Positions 36,029-49,430 of a stretch of DNA of 64,000 nucleotides are shown here, piece after piece. Position 1 is the first letter of the stretch. Every line of letters starts with the position of its first letter. The position numbers and the translations under genes were made by a program. The stretch is from Marsupella aquatica (lineage: Eukaryota; Plantae; Marchantiophyta): positions 9,373,525-9,437,524 of the forward strand of contig OZ316896.1 in the NCBI GenBank assembly GCA_973895155.1, written 5' to 3'. The notes beneath the pieces were generated by a model. That model was not told where the DNA came from and ran no database searches. It worked only from the letters and a program-made list of their open reading frames with translations.

Positions 36029-39000
36029 TTAATGGGAAGGTATTCTTTGTAAAGCTGTAAAAAGTCTTGTCTGTAGTGTTTTGAGCTTAATGCTAGCCTT
36101 CTTCATAATCGGATCATCATCAGAGTCATTCTCTGTTTGGAGCTTCACTGAAAGAAGAGACTCCAAATGGGATAAACGTGCCATTTGATGAGTACGTTGC
36201 CTCAATAGGATCTGCTGTAATAAAATGACAATACTTCGACATATTTCAGAAATATATCGAGATTGGACCGCAGACTCATCTGTCGATTGGGCAGATTCAT
36301 CACGCCCAGTCCAAGGGCTGTTGTATGACCTGGTAGATCAGGGAAGCTTTGTCAGAATCTGAATAAAGTCTACTGACTCTGCAGCTTCCAAAAATAAATT
36401 CCACGCACTCTCTTGAAGTTGAAACAGGTAAAGTGAAAATCAGATTTTCGAAAACAAATCAATAACGTATGCAGATCCATCCAGACGCAGAATAATCCTG
36501 GGCCTTGCGAACACAGTGAAGGGAGGGACGAAAATTACCATTGCCATAAGACGTTGGTCTCTTCTGGACTCGGGAGTTCGAGGAGAAGCAACTCAAGGAT
36601 ACACTGAATTTTCTGCTGTGCCTCCTCAGCAGCTGGGTCACCTGGCAGTATATTCACATGTCAGCTTTGGTTTGCATATGCTACCAGTATATTGCAAACG
36701 AGGGAGAGAGGACAAAATTGATTGAGTGGTAAACACAGTTTCAATTGAATATAAGATGTCATGTCACCCATAAGTCTCCAATCAAGGACACAGTCCAAAA
36801 ATGTTACCAAATTGATCTACTCAGAATCAATCACCTGAATGTATTGATGACCTTGTAAGCCGAGTGAGAACTATCGAAGCAGCAGCAACTGGAACCAGAG
36901 ATGTGCGTTCTGTCTTCCCACTCACATGGCCTTCCAATGCGAATAGCAGACTTGCCAATTTCTCATCCAGATTTTTACTTTCGATGTCCCTTTTTGAGAA
37001 CTTAGTGTGTTTTAGACAAACTACTACCGATAAAGTCGTAAAGAACTCGTCTCTGGATTCTACTTCGTTTTTCTTTTGGGCAAGCTCTCCAAGAACAACC
37101 GAAGCTGACACCCACCGCAAAAGCTTCTCTGACAAGCTTTCGTGGACATTTGACGTGGTTGTCAGATTATTTGAACTGAGAAATGAGGAGCTTCTCCCAA
37201 TGCCACTTTCCAAATCCAATGCAACTGACTGGGCCCAGGTTGCTACCTTGAACAGAGCCAATTTGTCCTGCACATGAAATGGTCGCTTTTAGATAAATCG
37301 AAAGACAAAAATGAACCAAGAAAAGACAACTCTTCGAACTGCTAGCAGGCACATACTCCCCAGAATGCGTAGAAGGTACAGACGACAAGCTTTCTGAACT
37401 TCGGACCATACATCATACTCATTACTTCTTGACTCTAAAAACCATTCGAACAATAGATTCCTTCCCATGTAGTTTATGGGGACACTGGAACATTTTCGCC
37501 GTGAGCTTTAAATGTGGAACAATCATTGCACAAAGATGCATTACAAACCTCATAAGAATTCACAGGCAGCGGAGGAACATGGAGGACCAGCTGCAAGGCA
37601 AGTGCTCTCTCTTCCATATGCAAGATAGGTGATTTGACCCCTGGAAACAAGTAAAGAACTTCTACAAGAGCTCCCAAGTTTAGAGTGAAATGCGTCTCAT
37701 GCTTTCTTCGCTTATGGGATATAGACACTAATATCAGCAGAACCTTAAAAGTAGACCTTCGGAACAATTTATGATATTGATGTGTGGGATTCCTGACAAG
37801 TAATTGATATAACACATGCCCAGCTTTTGACAATTCTTCCAAGCAGTCTAGAAGGGAATGGCGTTGTAAGTTTTCCCAACTCAGAATACGTTCAATGACC
37901 TGCAAGAATACAAAATTTAGCAATCGTTTCGAAACAAGACAACTGAAAGGATAGAACAAATTTCCCAGAAAATAACTTCGGTATTAATAGTAAAAACGAC
38001 AGCAAAATAAAGACAAACATACCGTCTTTACTTGATAACAAGTATCTTCCAGATATTGAAGCTGATAATTCTAATTTCTTTGCCCAGATGAAATTTCCTA
38101 TACCTGCAGAGCCATTGATGCAATCTGGCCAGAACCACCATCATCTTGCAGTCCTACGCCACCTTCGATGTCATTTAAAGCGACGGATGATAGCCAAGAA
38201 AGCACGCCTGTGTGTTCCACTAAGTATTGTGAAAATGATAGAATACCCGCTGCTTGATACAAAACCTGCATGTTCAACTAAGAGCAGTCAAACTGGGGCT
38301 GATGATAAGATGTCATGAGGATTGCTTATATTGTGATAGAATCTTAGTTGCAAACAGCATATGACCATTGTCTCTCTAGGATAAATGGACATATCGATTA
38401 AACTCTGAAAACTAATCTGCGACCTCTGGACCCAGTAATCAAACAATATGCAACCTCATCCAAGATGTAGATTGCTTGCCGTTGTCGATCATCCATTGAC
38501 AGTTGTGCATATTTGAAGGGCTACGTCAATCACTGTCAAATTTTACGCTCTACAAAGAATGAGAGAAATTCCTGAAAAGCTTGGTGCGGGATGATCGAAC
38601 TCTGGAAGATTTAGATTGCTTGCTGGTGTCGTTTGTCGAAGAATCCCGCATTGAGTCTGGCTTGGTGCGGAATTTAATAGTTACCTATTGATACCAAGAA
38701 CATCTGGAAAACCTCGACATTGGTACCAGAAATGGGGATCTGGAGCAATAATACAAGACGAGTTCAAAGTACAAACCTGGAGCACCCACTTCCGGGGAAA
38801 CGTATCCGCCATTGAGGAGTCATGGAAACTCATCAGGAGTTCTAGTACAAATTTCCGTCGATAAACTCGGGCATCAAGAGATGTCCGTAAACCACCGGCA
38901 AGAAGACGGAGCATCCACAAACGATCACTCCGATATTGCACTGACCCACTTCCAAACAGCACTTGAAATAACGGAACGCTCTGAGAATAAATCCAAGATC

Positions 39001-42000
39001 GAGGCCATTAGTTCATTTGTCATCCACAACCATTGGGCTTCTAAGGGGGTGCAGCTTCGATTCACGTCTACTTAATGGCTGAGGAATGCTGAAACATAAA
39101 AAGAAAATCTCAAAGCATGAAACACAAAGGTGCTCATCATCCACTCCTACAAGAGCCAAAAAGTGACAGGTAAAGTGGAAAGGAACCTCCAAATCCAAGC
39201 TAGGTGCCCTCAGGAGAAATCGATTGATAGTTGCATACTGGTGACTTTCTGGATGCATCAGTATGCATGACGCCTCCGCGGCAAACACAGAAAACACAAC
39301 AGGTATCCTCTGCCACGGCTCCGTTACTGCATTTTTTACGAAAGTCATCAACAGGCGAATTTGTAGCCTTCCTTTGAAGCTAGGACCATCCTGAAGAAAC
39401 GAACATAAGTAAGTTTGGATAAGATATGGGGTGAAGGGAAATTAGTGTAATAATGCAAACTGAAAAACTAATTCCAAGTGAATTAGAATACAATATTGCA
39501 GTGATAGCTTGACGTGCTTTCAGTACACATGAACTGGAGAACGATTGCGAGCATTAAAGTCTAGAAGTTAAAGCTCAGCACGCAAAGTGCAATCAAAACA
39601 ATAAAGTCAGCATCAATGAAACGTGCTACTAACAGATCATCACCTCTAGGACACTATAGTACTTTGCGAGGAGTTCATAGCCAGCTTTTCTCATGCTCTC
39701 CTCCGCAGAACTCATGCTAGCAAATGCAATAGCAAGGAGCCCAAGCTGCACGAACTCTTCTGCATTCATACATCCTATCGAAAGCCCATGCAGCGCAAAT
39801 GGTAGTAGAAAAGCTGGATCGTACGCAGCATCTTGAAGGTCTTCACGGTTGAATTTGAAGAGCTTCTCCGAAATTTCCTGACAGTGTCACTCTTTACGTT
39901 AGGCCAGACTCAGTGCGGCCAAGGTACGAGCAAAACTACACAACTTCCGTACAGTTCATTATATACTGACTGAAATTCGCACTTCAGATTGGGAGCCTTT
40001 GCAAGAAATTCCACACAAAAGAGAACCGAAACAAAGACCAGCAGATCTACAACCTCTACAAAGCAAGATTAAAGTAGTGGTGGCCAAAATTGGTTTCTAC
40101 CTTATTGCTTTCTTCGTACTGATTTAAAAGTCCCAACTGCCCAATATCTGCAACTCCAAACTTCCTCTTCAAAGGAAAAAATAACACCGCCAGTCCACAC
40201 CTTCGGGGATCTATAACCAGATCTTCTTTAAATGTTTGTCTTCGTAGCTCATCCATGCTGTCCTGTTCCTTGAGAGCATTCGTTGTTGCTTCCTCTGCCT
40301 TTGCCCGACGTCTCTTCAGCGCCGCCTCACCCCATAGGTAATCGAATCTTGACAACCCTGAAAAACCTAGTCCTCCATGGGATTCGATTTCTTGCATCAA
40401 AACAAATATCTCCTGATCCACTGCGCTCAAGGTCCCCCCATATGCAGCCAGTAATATGGACATAACATCATCTAGAGGTAGTGATTGAACATCCAAGGTG
40501 CCAAGGGTGAACTGCTTCAGTCTCACGCCTAAGGCGATTCTCAGCAACTTAACTATTTCATGTCTATCAACATCATCCACGGCACCCTTAACTGGAACTT
40601 GCTTCACTCTATCCCTTGAGTTCCTATTCACATCAGCCATGTTCAACAAAGACTTCGCTTCCCCTACACTGTCGTCACCATCGAAATTCCCTCTCGCTTT
40701 TGTGGAAATATGTAGAATGGGTGATCCAGTCAGTGATAACACAGAAGACAGAGAATTTAACGAAGTCCCCTTTCCGACATGCTTTCCGGCAATATGGGGA
40801 ATGTTCGTCCTCCTGGAGTCCATAATAAGTAATGATGGAAGAAATTTCGAATGCGCAATCAGAAGTTCTAAGACATCATCCTCCGCTAATGTGTCCTTGT
40901 GCACCATCGGAGATTGCAACCCTTGGAAGACCACAAATGTCAGGTATCTGCATGCTTTCATCGCAGAGGTCTCACCGTAGCTGTACCGAAGGAGTGTTGT
41001 CATACAATGTTTATACAAGGGCAAATATTCAGACATCTTGAAGGAAGATCCAGCAAGCTGTTTGGCAGCATTTGTAACCTGCTTGAGGAAATACTCTTCC
41101 AGAAACTTTACCCAATGACTTCTTCCTGCCTCACTCTCAGTTTCAGTTACGTTTGTGTCTATTTTCCGGTTGCCACCAAGAGCCTTACTTTTGTAGAGCA
41201 TGCCCAAAGAATTCATCAGAGAACGTAAGAACTGCAGCCAAACAGAACTTTCTTCCAGGCTTGTGAGATCAATGGTCTCGGTTCGCTGCCCCATCTCTTG
41301 TCCTCCAGTCTCTAGCGCAGAGAGATTCTGAATTGCATGGGACCTTAAACCAGACGATATCAAGTCCCTGACAATGTCTGCTTTTGCCACTGCTTCAAGT
41401 GCACAAGCAGTTATATTTTCTCCTGCAGAAAGCCAAATGTTTTCCTTGACCAGAGGAGTGTCATTCTCTGGCAGAAGAGACTGAATTAGCCTGGCTCTCA
41501 CCTTCATACTAAAAGAATGCAAGATGTGGCATGACTGCAGCATGTGAACAACTTGGCCAAGGGGGGAACAATTGTAGAACTGCATTAGCATATTATACAA
41601 ATCGCTATGTGGTTGTATTAGAGTGTTTGGCAGCCTCATATCTCGAACACCATCCATTCCTGTTCTTTCCGATACGAACTTTCCCCAATTCTTGAGCTGT
41701 TTGGTGAGCAGTTTCGTATAAACTGAAGCAATATGATTTACAAACTCGTTCGTTTTTGTGGCTCCCCTCCTGGATTCAGTAACTATGTAAACCTGCGCTG
41801 CAGGTAACAAGTACAGCAAATCCTGATCTGACAACAAGAACTCCTCCTGCTGGTTCCCCATACCATGAGTTAGGAACATTTCTGCAAACCCTAGGATTGG
41901 GCTGTTTTTGGAGATAACTTGCCCTCTCTCTGCAGTCCCGACTGTAATTAATCGACCAAATTCAGCCAAATGTACGAAGCTTGCCTCTACTAGAAGGAAG

Positions 42001-45000
42001 GCGATTTTTCCTGTCACTTTATTTGGGTGACATACACAATGTCTCAGAACTTCCAATGGAGTGGAGCAGACCAAAGCTGTGCTGGTCTTGTTTAAAGACA
42101 TCTCAAAGCCAAGCAACGGAGATCTAACCAACTTTTGAGCTTGCAAAAACGAAAGAAGGCACAAGTCGGCCATTATGGAAGGCCTCTCGATGACATGATC
42201 CACAACTTTCTCAAACAGATCATAAATGGATGGACCACCTGAGTGGGTGTCACCATTCCTGTCCCAAGTCCATGATTTAGCCAGTTCCACTTCATTTCGT
42301 AAGTGTGGCGCAGCATCTGCTAAAGAGTGTACAAAGACAGTGACAAAGTGCAGCCCGAGAACCTGAGGAGAAACTGCTTGCTTTGAACTTTTTACTTTGT
42401 GGGCTTTAGTCGAAAGCAATGATAGGAAGAAGCTTAGGAGCAAGGATGGATCTGTGTATGGAATCAGAGCAGAGACCGCAAAAAGAGCAGGCGATGGAAA
42501 TAGACCGAAAGTTGAGCTTTCACCGACGTCCTTCTGGAATGCACCGATTACTTTCAGAACGTATGGTTTGTAAGCACTGAGAATTTTCCTCCAGAAGCCT
42601 ACGGCGCCTTGACTTTCTGAAGAGATCGTTGCAGTTCTCACAATACTTTCTGGTAAATCCAGGATCTGTGTGAGTAAACTCAGAACGTGACAATCTATTG
42701 GATGAACACAGGAGGCAGCTGAAGCTAAAGTTCGTCTCAAGGCGGTGTCACATATGATCTCATCTTTGCTTCCTCTTCTAAGATCACTAGCATAAGGACA
42801 TGGGGTCATAGATTGGAAAAGTTTCTGGTCCCCATGCATGAATAGATTGTAAAATACAGGATGTCTAAGTAGATCAGCGATCACATCTCCATAAACACCC
42901 ATGATTCTGGATGAACACTGAAATTTGTCAGAAAGGAAACTACCGCCTGGGGACTGCTGGATAGGTAACACTAAACTGCGTAGAAGAGAAAAGAAAGTGT
43001 GTATCGGCTCTCCATCACCGATACCTTCCATAGATAAGGCTGCTAAATGCTTCATCCCAGAAATAATCAACCGTACCATGCACACCCAATTCCGGTGATG
43101 GACTCTCAAAAGGCCCGCTCGAAGAAAACTTGTAAATGACTGCAATGTCAAGAGAAGAGGTTCTCTGCAAAAGGAGGCGGCAGAAAACAGGACGGGAAAT
43201 GGAGCCACCAGTAATAAAGCACAAAACCCTTGTGTCTCTACTGTTAAAGATGTCAGTTCAAGCCTCACAGCCAATTCCTTTGCCTTCCCCACTGTCACCC
43301 GACCTTCGGTGCTGTGTATCGCGCTTGAAGCCAGCTCTAGTCCCCCAGTAAAGAGCTCTGGCCAGGCAGTTGAAACTTTAGCGAGAACACCCTGGTGGAG
43401 TCCCAAAAGTGTAAGAGGTAGCGAGAAGTCACCGTGGAGATCCTCCAAGCAAAATCTCATGAGCAAAGGAAAGTTGTCCACCAACTCTTGGATTGAAACA
43501 AAAACGATTGAGGATGTTAAAATTAAGACTTTGTCCTCTGAAGTCATGTCATGATCTTTCCGGCATCCTCTCAGCACATTTGAAAGTTTGCCAGCCTGGT
43601 AACCTTGACCCAACTTGCTACCTGATGTAGTGCTCACTGCCCTAGAGTTATTCTTCCTGTCGTCTGAAAGTAAACGTTGAGCACGTTCAAAAAGCACTAG
43701 CAGAACAGTCCACTCTGGACTTTTCACTTGCTCTGCAGAAAGAGATTCACTCTCTCTAGATATGATCGTAATTATTACCATAGCCAACGACTGTGGATTC
43801 ATCTGTCGTGCGTGCACAAAAACACACTTGAGTTCAGGTCACAAGACCAGGAAGCAACTAATGAGCATCACTAAAACAGAGAAACTAGCTAATTAAACCG
43901 GATATAAACCGGATATATACATGCTAGACAACGACACTTCTGCGTGCAAAAGAAACTATGATCCTGGTAAGAACAAACAAACCTACATAGTGGATGTAAC
44001 AGTAATTGCTAGATTAAAAGACACATTAAGACATCTTATGCACCAAATATGCACACCTGATGTTTCAGTAGAAGGTCAAGGACATTGACCAAATATAGTG
44101 CAACTGTAGTGCGTGCAACTGGCACTTTGCTCTTGGTAATATTATAAAGAAACTTTTCAAGAGTGCAAACCACAAATGGTCCAAACTCTGAAGTATTAAA
44201 ACCTGCCATTGACACAAGAATGTTAGGCAGCTCAAGAAACCCCACCAAAATCCCCAAATTGGATCTGTGAAAGACATTCGGTGAGACTTGCATCATTTCT
44301 TCGACTGTCCTGTGTCACAGCCACAGCTTTAGACGACCACTAACCTTGTAATGAGGCACTCGGCAGAAGAGAGTTTTCTGTGTGCCCTTGCAGAACGTAT
44401 TTGCTCAGGATCGAGTGCAGTGAATCCAAATATTTGTAACTGTTCTGTCCCATACTAGAAACGGCTTCTGACAAAAACTCCACAAGACTTGCGTGTATTG
44501 ACCCAGTACGTACAGTTCCTTGTCTAACGACATCAATATTCTCTTCCAGATGGTGGGAGACACTAGTGTTTCCAATCTTCCTATGCCCCAAGAGGTCAAG
44601 CCACAGGGAGATTTCCATTGGATTAGTTTCAAATGCTCCGGTACTGGACATAACTCTGTGTGCAACTTCATAAACTGCCTCTCTCACGTCCTTCACCTCT
44701 GAAATGAGCATGAACATCAACAACTGCTTAAAACTTTTGTAAGCAGAACCAAACCCTGCGAAGCCTGTAACAAACCATCCCGCTTCTTCTGAAGGCAGCG
44801 AAGTGCTAGATCCCGTTGCTGCTAACAGAAGAGCAGACAGAGACCTTTGTTGGACAACCGAGAGCGAGCTAGGATCATCTGGTAAGAGTTTGAATGCATC
44901 AAAACCAATATCTGCCATCGCAACAGGAAGTGCAACCTGCCAAAAAGGTACAACAGGCGTTTTGTAACAATTCCTTGGCATTAATATCCCAACTTGTCAG

Positions 45001-47574
45001 AGTCCCCGCCGGTCGACTTGACAAAAAACTGCCATCCATTGATTTTGGTGTATCAATACGAAAGTCAAACTACTAGGGTTCTAGAAAATAACTTAAGGGG
45101 TTTAGGTCCACATCAAAAGGTCTACCCGGAGCAAGGGGTCAGGACTTGTAAAAGGGATTGATTGTACCTGATAGGCAGCGAGCACTTGAACTGCCTTCGC
45201 ATACAGCAATCCTTCAATTCCCTCTCTTTGACTGGTCTCGTCTGAAACTTCAGGTCCCCATAAGAGTCTCATTGTTGCATCATAGTCATATGAGTCACTG
45301 ATACTGCACTTCAGCTCATGGCTTTCCCGCGAATTCTGCTCATCGTTCCTCTTCCTCGTTTTAGTGGCCGGGGAACTATGTGGTTTAGACGAAATCAAGG
45401 TAATGTTGGTTCTTGAATTTTGTGGTGATTTCAGACTGGACAACATTGCCAGCAACGTGTTTGGATCAGGTAAAGAAGCCCGCATGAAGTCCTGAATGGA
45501 CTGACAAACTTTCATCAACTCTTCCTTAAGTGATTCCTCTACCACTCCCGGCTTGAATGAGGTGACGAAACTCTTCATTCGTTTAGTTCGACCTTGCATT
45601 TCCTCAGAATTACTTTCCGAAGATCGCTGAGCAGGCTCCAGAGCTCTCAAATCTTCTATAGCATCCATCAGTCTTCTCAAACAAACAAGGGCCTCCACGA
45701 GTACTCTCAATGACGCATGCTTCACCATGAAGTCCACGTGAAGGAGGCCCCTATTCAGGACCACCCTGGAGAGCGAGCTAGGTAATAAACTCTGAAGCAT
45801 GCTTTGAATAATGTGCTCATTTAAGAAACTTTGAGCTCCCAGATAGGAGAATGAAGATGGCTGACTTGCTATTGGAATTAGTTGAGAAACCAGGGACATG
45901 GCATTGAACCTGCAACAAAGGCACACATTCAGACCATTTTTACTACAGTGAAACCATCCTCGTCAACAATAACTCCCATGCTACTCTAATCGAGCCAGGA
46001 CTAATTATAAGTGCAGACGCAGATACTTTATCACTCGTCAATTTTAACACAAAGAGGCTCTAACAGCATGTCCAGTACATGAAATCAATGCCCACCAAGC
46101 AGGAGACACCCGAGGCTCCAAGCTTAAAGGGAATGAAGCCAAATACGAAATTGCCAAGTGCGGGCGTGCTCTGGCAGTGGCTAGCAGCACGTCCCTATGC
46201 CGGTCCACCTCAGTGACCTTTAAACGAAGCATCAGCCTCAACAATCTTCCTTGGCCCCCTCCGAAGGCTCCACTCTTGCTACGACTGGGCACAGCTTCCA
46301 AAAGTTCAGACTCCTCAGGACACAGACCATGCGAAGGGTCTGTGCAGAGCGATAACAGGGTGGAATGAGCAAGTTCTCCTGCATCTCCCAACGAATGATC
46401 GGAGCTAATACGTGCCAATTGCTCAAGAGTAGCGTCCCCAAATAACACACTTTGGAGCCCACGAGGAACCATAAATGCCAGTGCCATGACCTTCGCCTGC
46501 AACAATGTTAGCACTCGCATGATGGTTCTCTCATCATCTTTCGAAATTCCATGAAGGACTCCAATCCACAGAGGTCTCTTTTGGAGGATCCATCTCAATA
46601 AGCCCGGATCTCCGACAGTCAGAAACGATATGGCGAGCTCCACAAAGGCCATCCTGGTGGGCTGCTTTAGAATCCCTCTATGCCCTTCAACTCTTATGGT
46701 CTTGGGAGCACGTTGCTTGGGCAAATGACTCAGCTTTCTAAGAGCCTCCAGAGTGAAGTCAAATGACGTAGCTATCTCAATTGCAAGGGCTCTGCCACGT
46801 AGAACAATCGCTGACAATAGCAGCAACGCTGCATTCTGCCTACTTTTTTGGCTCGAAGAGAGATGAGAATAAATATCTTTCATTCGAGTGCACACTATAG
46901 ACCGTGCTAATTTATCTAGCCTTAATTTTACTGCCATTACTTTCCTGTGGGCCTCTTTCTCTGTAATTGAAAGCCCGGCCTTATAATCTCCCGAATCGGT
47001 GTCTCCAACTTTGGCCAAAGGATGTCGGAACATGTAGTAGATGAGTAGCATTACAGGGACAGCGGTTGCAGCAGCAGGACCTCTTTCCCATGCTCCCATA
47101 ATTTCTGCGCAATGTGGAGATGCCAGCACGAAGGAGACCAACACCTTGTCCCCATCCGAGCCTATCACTGCCGTTTGCATTCCTTCTAGCGCAGCTAAGA
47201 GCTCGCCCTCGTCCAGAGACGCCAGTCCAGCTGCTAATTGCCGTGTTGCATCGTCTAACAAATCTGATGGCAAGATGAGGAAACAAATCATATACACTTA
47301 ATAGTTCAGATAAGGTAGTAGCCAATGAACAATACCGGTGTGATTGAATCTGAGAGTAAAGAATAGATGCATCGCAAACCGTAAGAACAGAAGCAGTGTA
47401 AGACACAGCAGCTCTCATTGAAAGAGTTCTATGCTGCGCAGCTGAGAGCATACCGGTGGGCACCGTGTCTGCGAGGACGCCCTCCATTTCCACGTCCACA
47501 TCTTCATCAGGTAGCTCTTCACCATCCAAATCCACCCCTCGTTCAAAAGCATTCTGACCCTCGCCATCCTCCAT
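36029..47574 (-). CDS. URB1: Nucleolar pre-ribosomal-associated protein URB1/Npa1, 14 exons (47574-47454, 47263-46096, 45909-45168, 44936-44345, 44202-44057, 43802-40101, 39877-39644, 39390-39187, 38980-38777, 38265-38104, 37899-37549, 37267-36835, 36641-36539, 36329-36029), ~2820 aa
   Basis: Exons join in frame over GT-AG introns (8463 nt). Motifs: Npa1 N-terminal region (RMAFVELAISFL, HGISKDD, VLFGDATLEQL), LLAAYGGTLSAVDQ, YDPAFLL, LLRAPSLDLE-SVPLF..LFGSGS..DRLWMLRLLAGGL, and the C-terminal WQWSYNSPW. Confidence 0.9.
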
Positions 47575-47599
47575 GATCTCAAAACTAATAATTCACGGA

Positions 47600-48540
47600 A
47601 GGACTACGAGGGTTTGGGGTTTAAGGTTCGGGTTCTTCTACAGCAATGCCTCTTCGAGACGAAGTGCCACAGTGCAACTGGGATTCTGGACACACAATTC
47701 TACCAGAGTGAACTAAAAAGATTCCGCAAGGGCGGACCCTCCCAGACCAGGCCACCAAATTACTCTGGAGACTGTACTGTAATTCAGAATTTTAAGAAGC
47801 TGCATTCCGGTGTTCGTGGCTGCCAGATACATACATCAAAATTTAGGGATTGCCTTGATCATGGTTGCGGCGATTTGATTGTTTTCCGTGTACTAAGACT
47901 AGCGGAAGTGCAATTGGCATTTTCGAAGGTGTCTTCCTCACGAATCCCACCATCGCACTGTAGTTGCTGATGCGGTAGCCTTTGGAAAACTTCGTATCTT
48001 TGGGCTTAAAGTGTCGACAGCACGAGAGGGTCTAGGGTTTTAGAGGGTAACCGAATATCCTAAATCCTAAAACTACTCGTAGAAAATCACAGCTCTCCTG
48101 AACGACGTCGAAAAAACAGGGAGCATGAAATTTTGCTGCAATCTTGAAGATGTGAAGATATCATCTGTTCTCAGTCTCCAATAATGTAGCATTCCCCAGC
48201 TATGCCAGACCACAATTCCAATTTCTGCACAAGCACTCCAAATTGTTAGCAAATTGAACTCTCCCACTCCAACTTGTAGCGATGGAGGACTTCTTCACCT
48301 TGGTTCACTACTGTACTGCCTCCGAGGGTTTAAGCCCCTGCCAGGGCATCTCTAGTGTACATGGGGCTTGTCGGAATCGACGGTCACTAAGCTCCCATCC
48401 GGGATCTGGGAATGAAATCCAGCGCCCAGTTTCCAATCTGACACTGTCATTCCAAACTTCCTCCATTTACAGTGTCAGCTGCTTTCAAACAGGAAAAAGC
48501 TCGAGGACGAAAAGATGCCTTCCGTCCAAAACCCTAAACT
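47600..48540. promoter_or_regulatory. Telo-box-like motifs (AAACCCTA) and a site II motif (TGGGCY) upstream of URB1
   Basis: agggttt near 47609, tagggttt near 48033, aaaccctaaa near 48529, tgggct at 48001. This combination is typical of plant ribosome-biogenesis gene promoters. Confidence 0.45.
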
Positions 48541-48558
48541 CTACAAAGCACGACTAGA

Positions 48559-48991
48559 CAGTCGACTCTCCCTAAGTGCACACTCTATAGAACCCTGGAT
48601 AACTGCAAGTTTTCCTCTTCTTCGTTTTTACTTGGAGTCTTGCATTTATTTTTTCAGCCTATTGTCAATGCAAACAGGCCTGAATTTTTTTCAACAGAAT
48701 ACAACTTTTAACAGTGCAAGCCCTTATCAATAAGTGTACATGAACACTTATCAGCCAGCACACAATCCCATTGAATTTTATTTAATGATAAGTGCAACAT
48801 CCCTGCACTTATGGATAAGGGGACTGAGCTTAGGGCAGGGATGTACAGTTTAGGGTAATTTGCACATTTTATAAAAAGAGGTGTAAGCCATACACTCTTA
48901 TTGATAAGTGCATGATTCCATAGGTTTGCACCTGTTAAGTGCACACGGGGATGCTTCTTCCCTGAAGTATGCACTTAGACAGAGAACACTG
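48559..48991. mobile_element. Tc1/mariner (pogo-like) MITE, ~433 bp
   Basis: Imperfect TIRs cagtcgactctccctaagtgca / tgcacttagacagagaacactg with TA on the right flank; repeated internal ataagtgca/tgcacttat motifs. Confidence 0.6.
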
Positions 48992-49430
48992 TAGACTCCT
49001 CTACTCTACGAGTATAACTAACTTAGCACGAGATATGGTCAATTGAACCGTCAGTCACATTAACTCTAATTAGTAGTCCTAACTACGTAAGAAGAATCGG
49101 CAACATTCGCCAACTGTGAAGAGCTATACGTAATTATGCCAACTGGGCTTCACGAGAACCCAGTTGGGCGATTAGTAACACGATACGTGGACGAGAGCTG
49201 GATCGTTCGATGCGACTGGATATGGATTAGAGAGTTGATTAGGTCGCAATTGGGATAGTCTACAGAGGCATTGAGTAGGCCGGTCGGAAACTCGTAGTAC
49301 TGCAGTACTCGATGGAGATGCCGTTGTAGGTAGTGTACTAAGTAAGGAGTTGGGGTTGAGGACGAGAGAGCTGCCTACCTGCTACCGCTCGTGGGTGTCC
49401 TACAAAAGGTTGGAGATCGTATCGGGAGCT

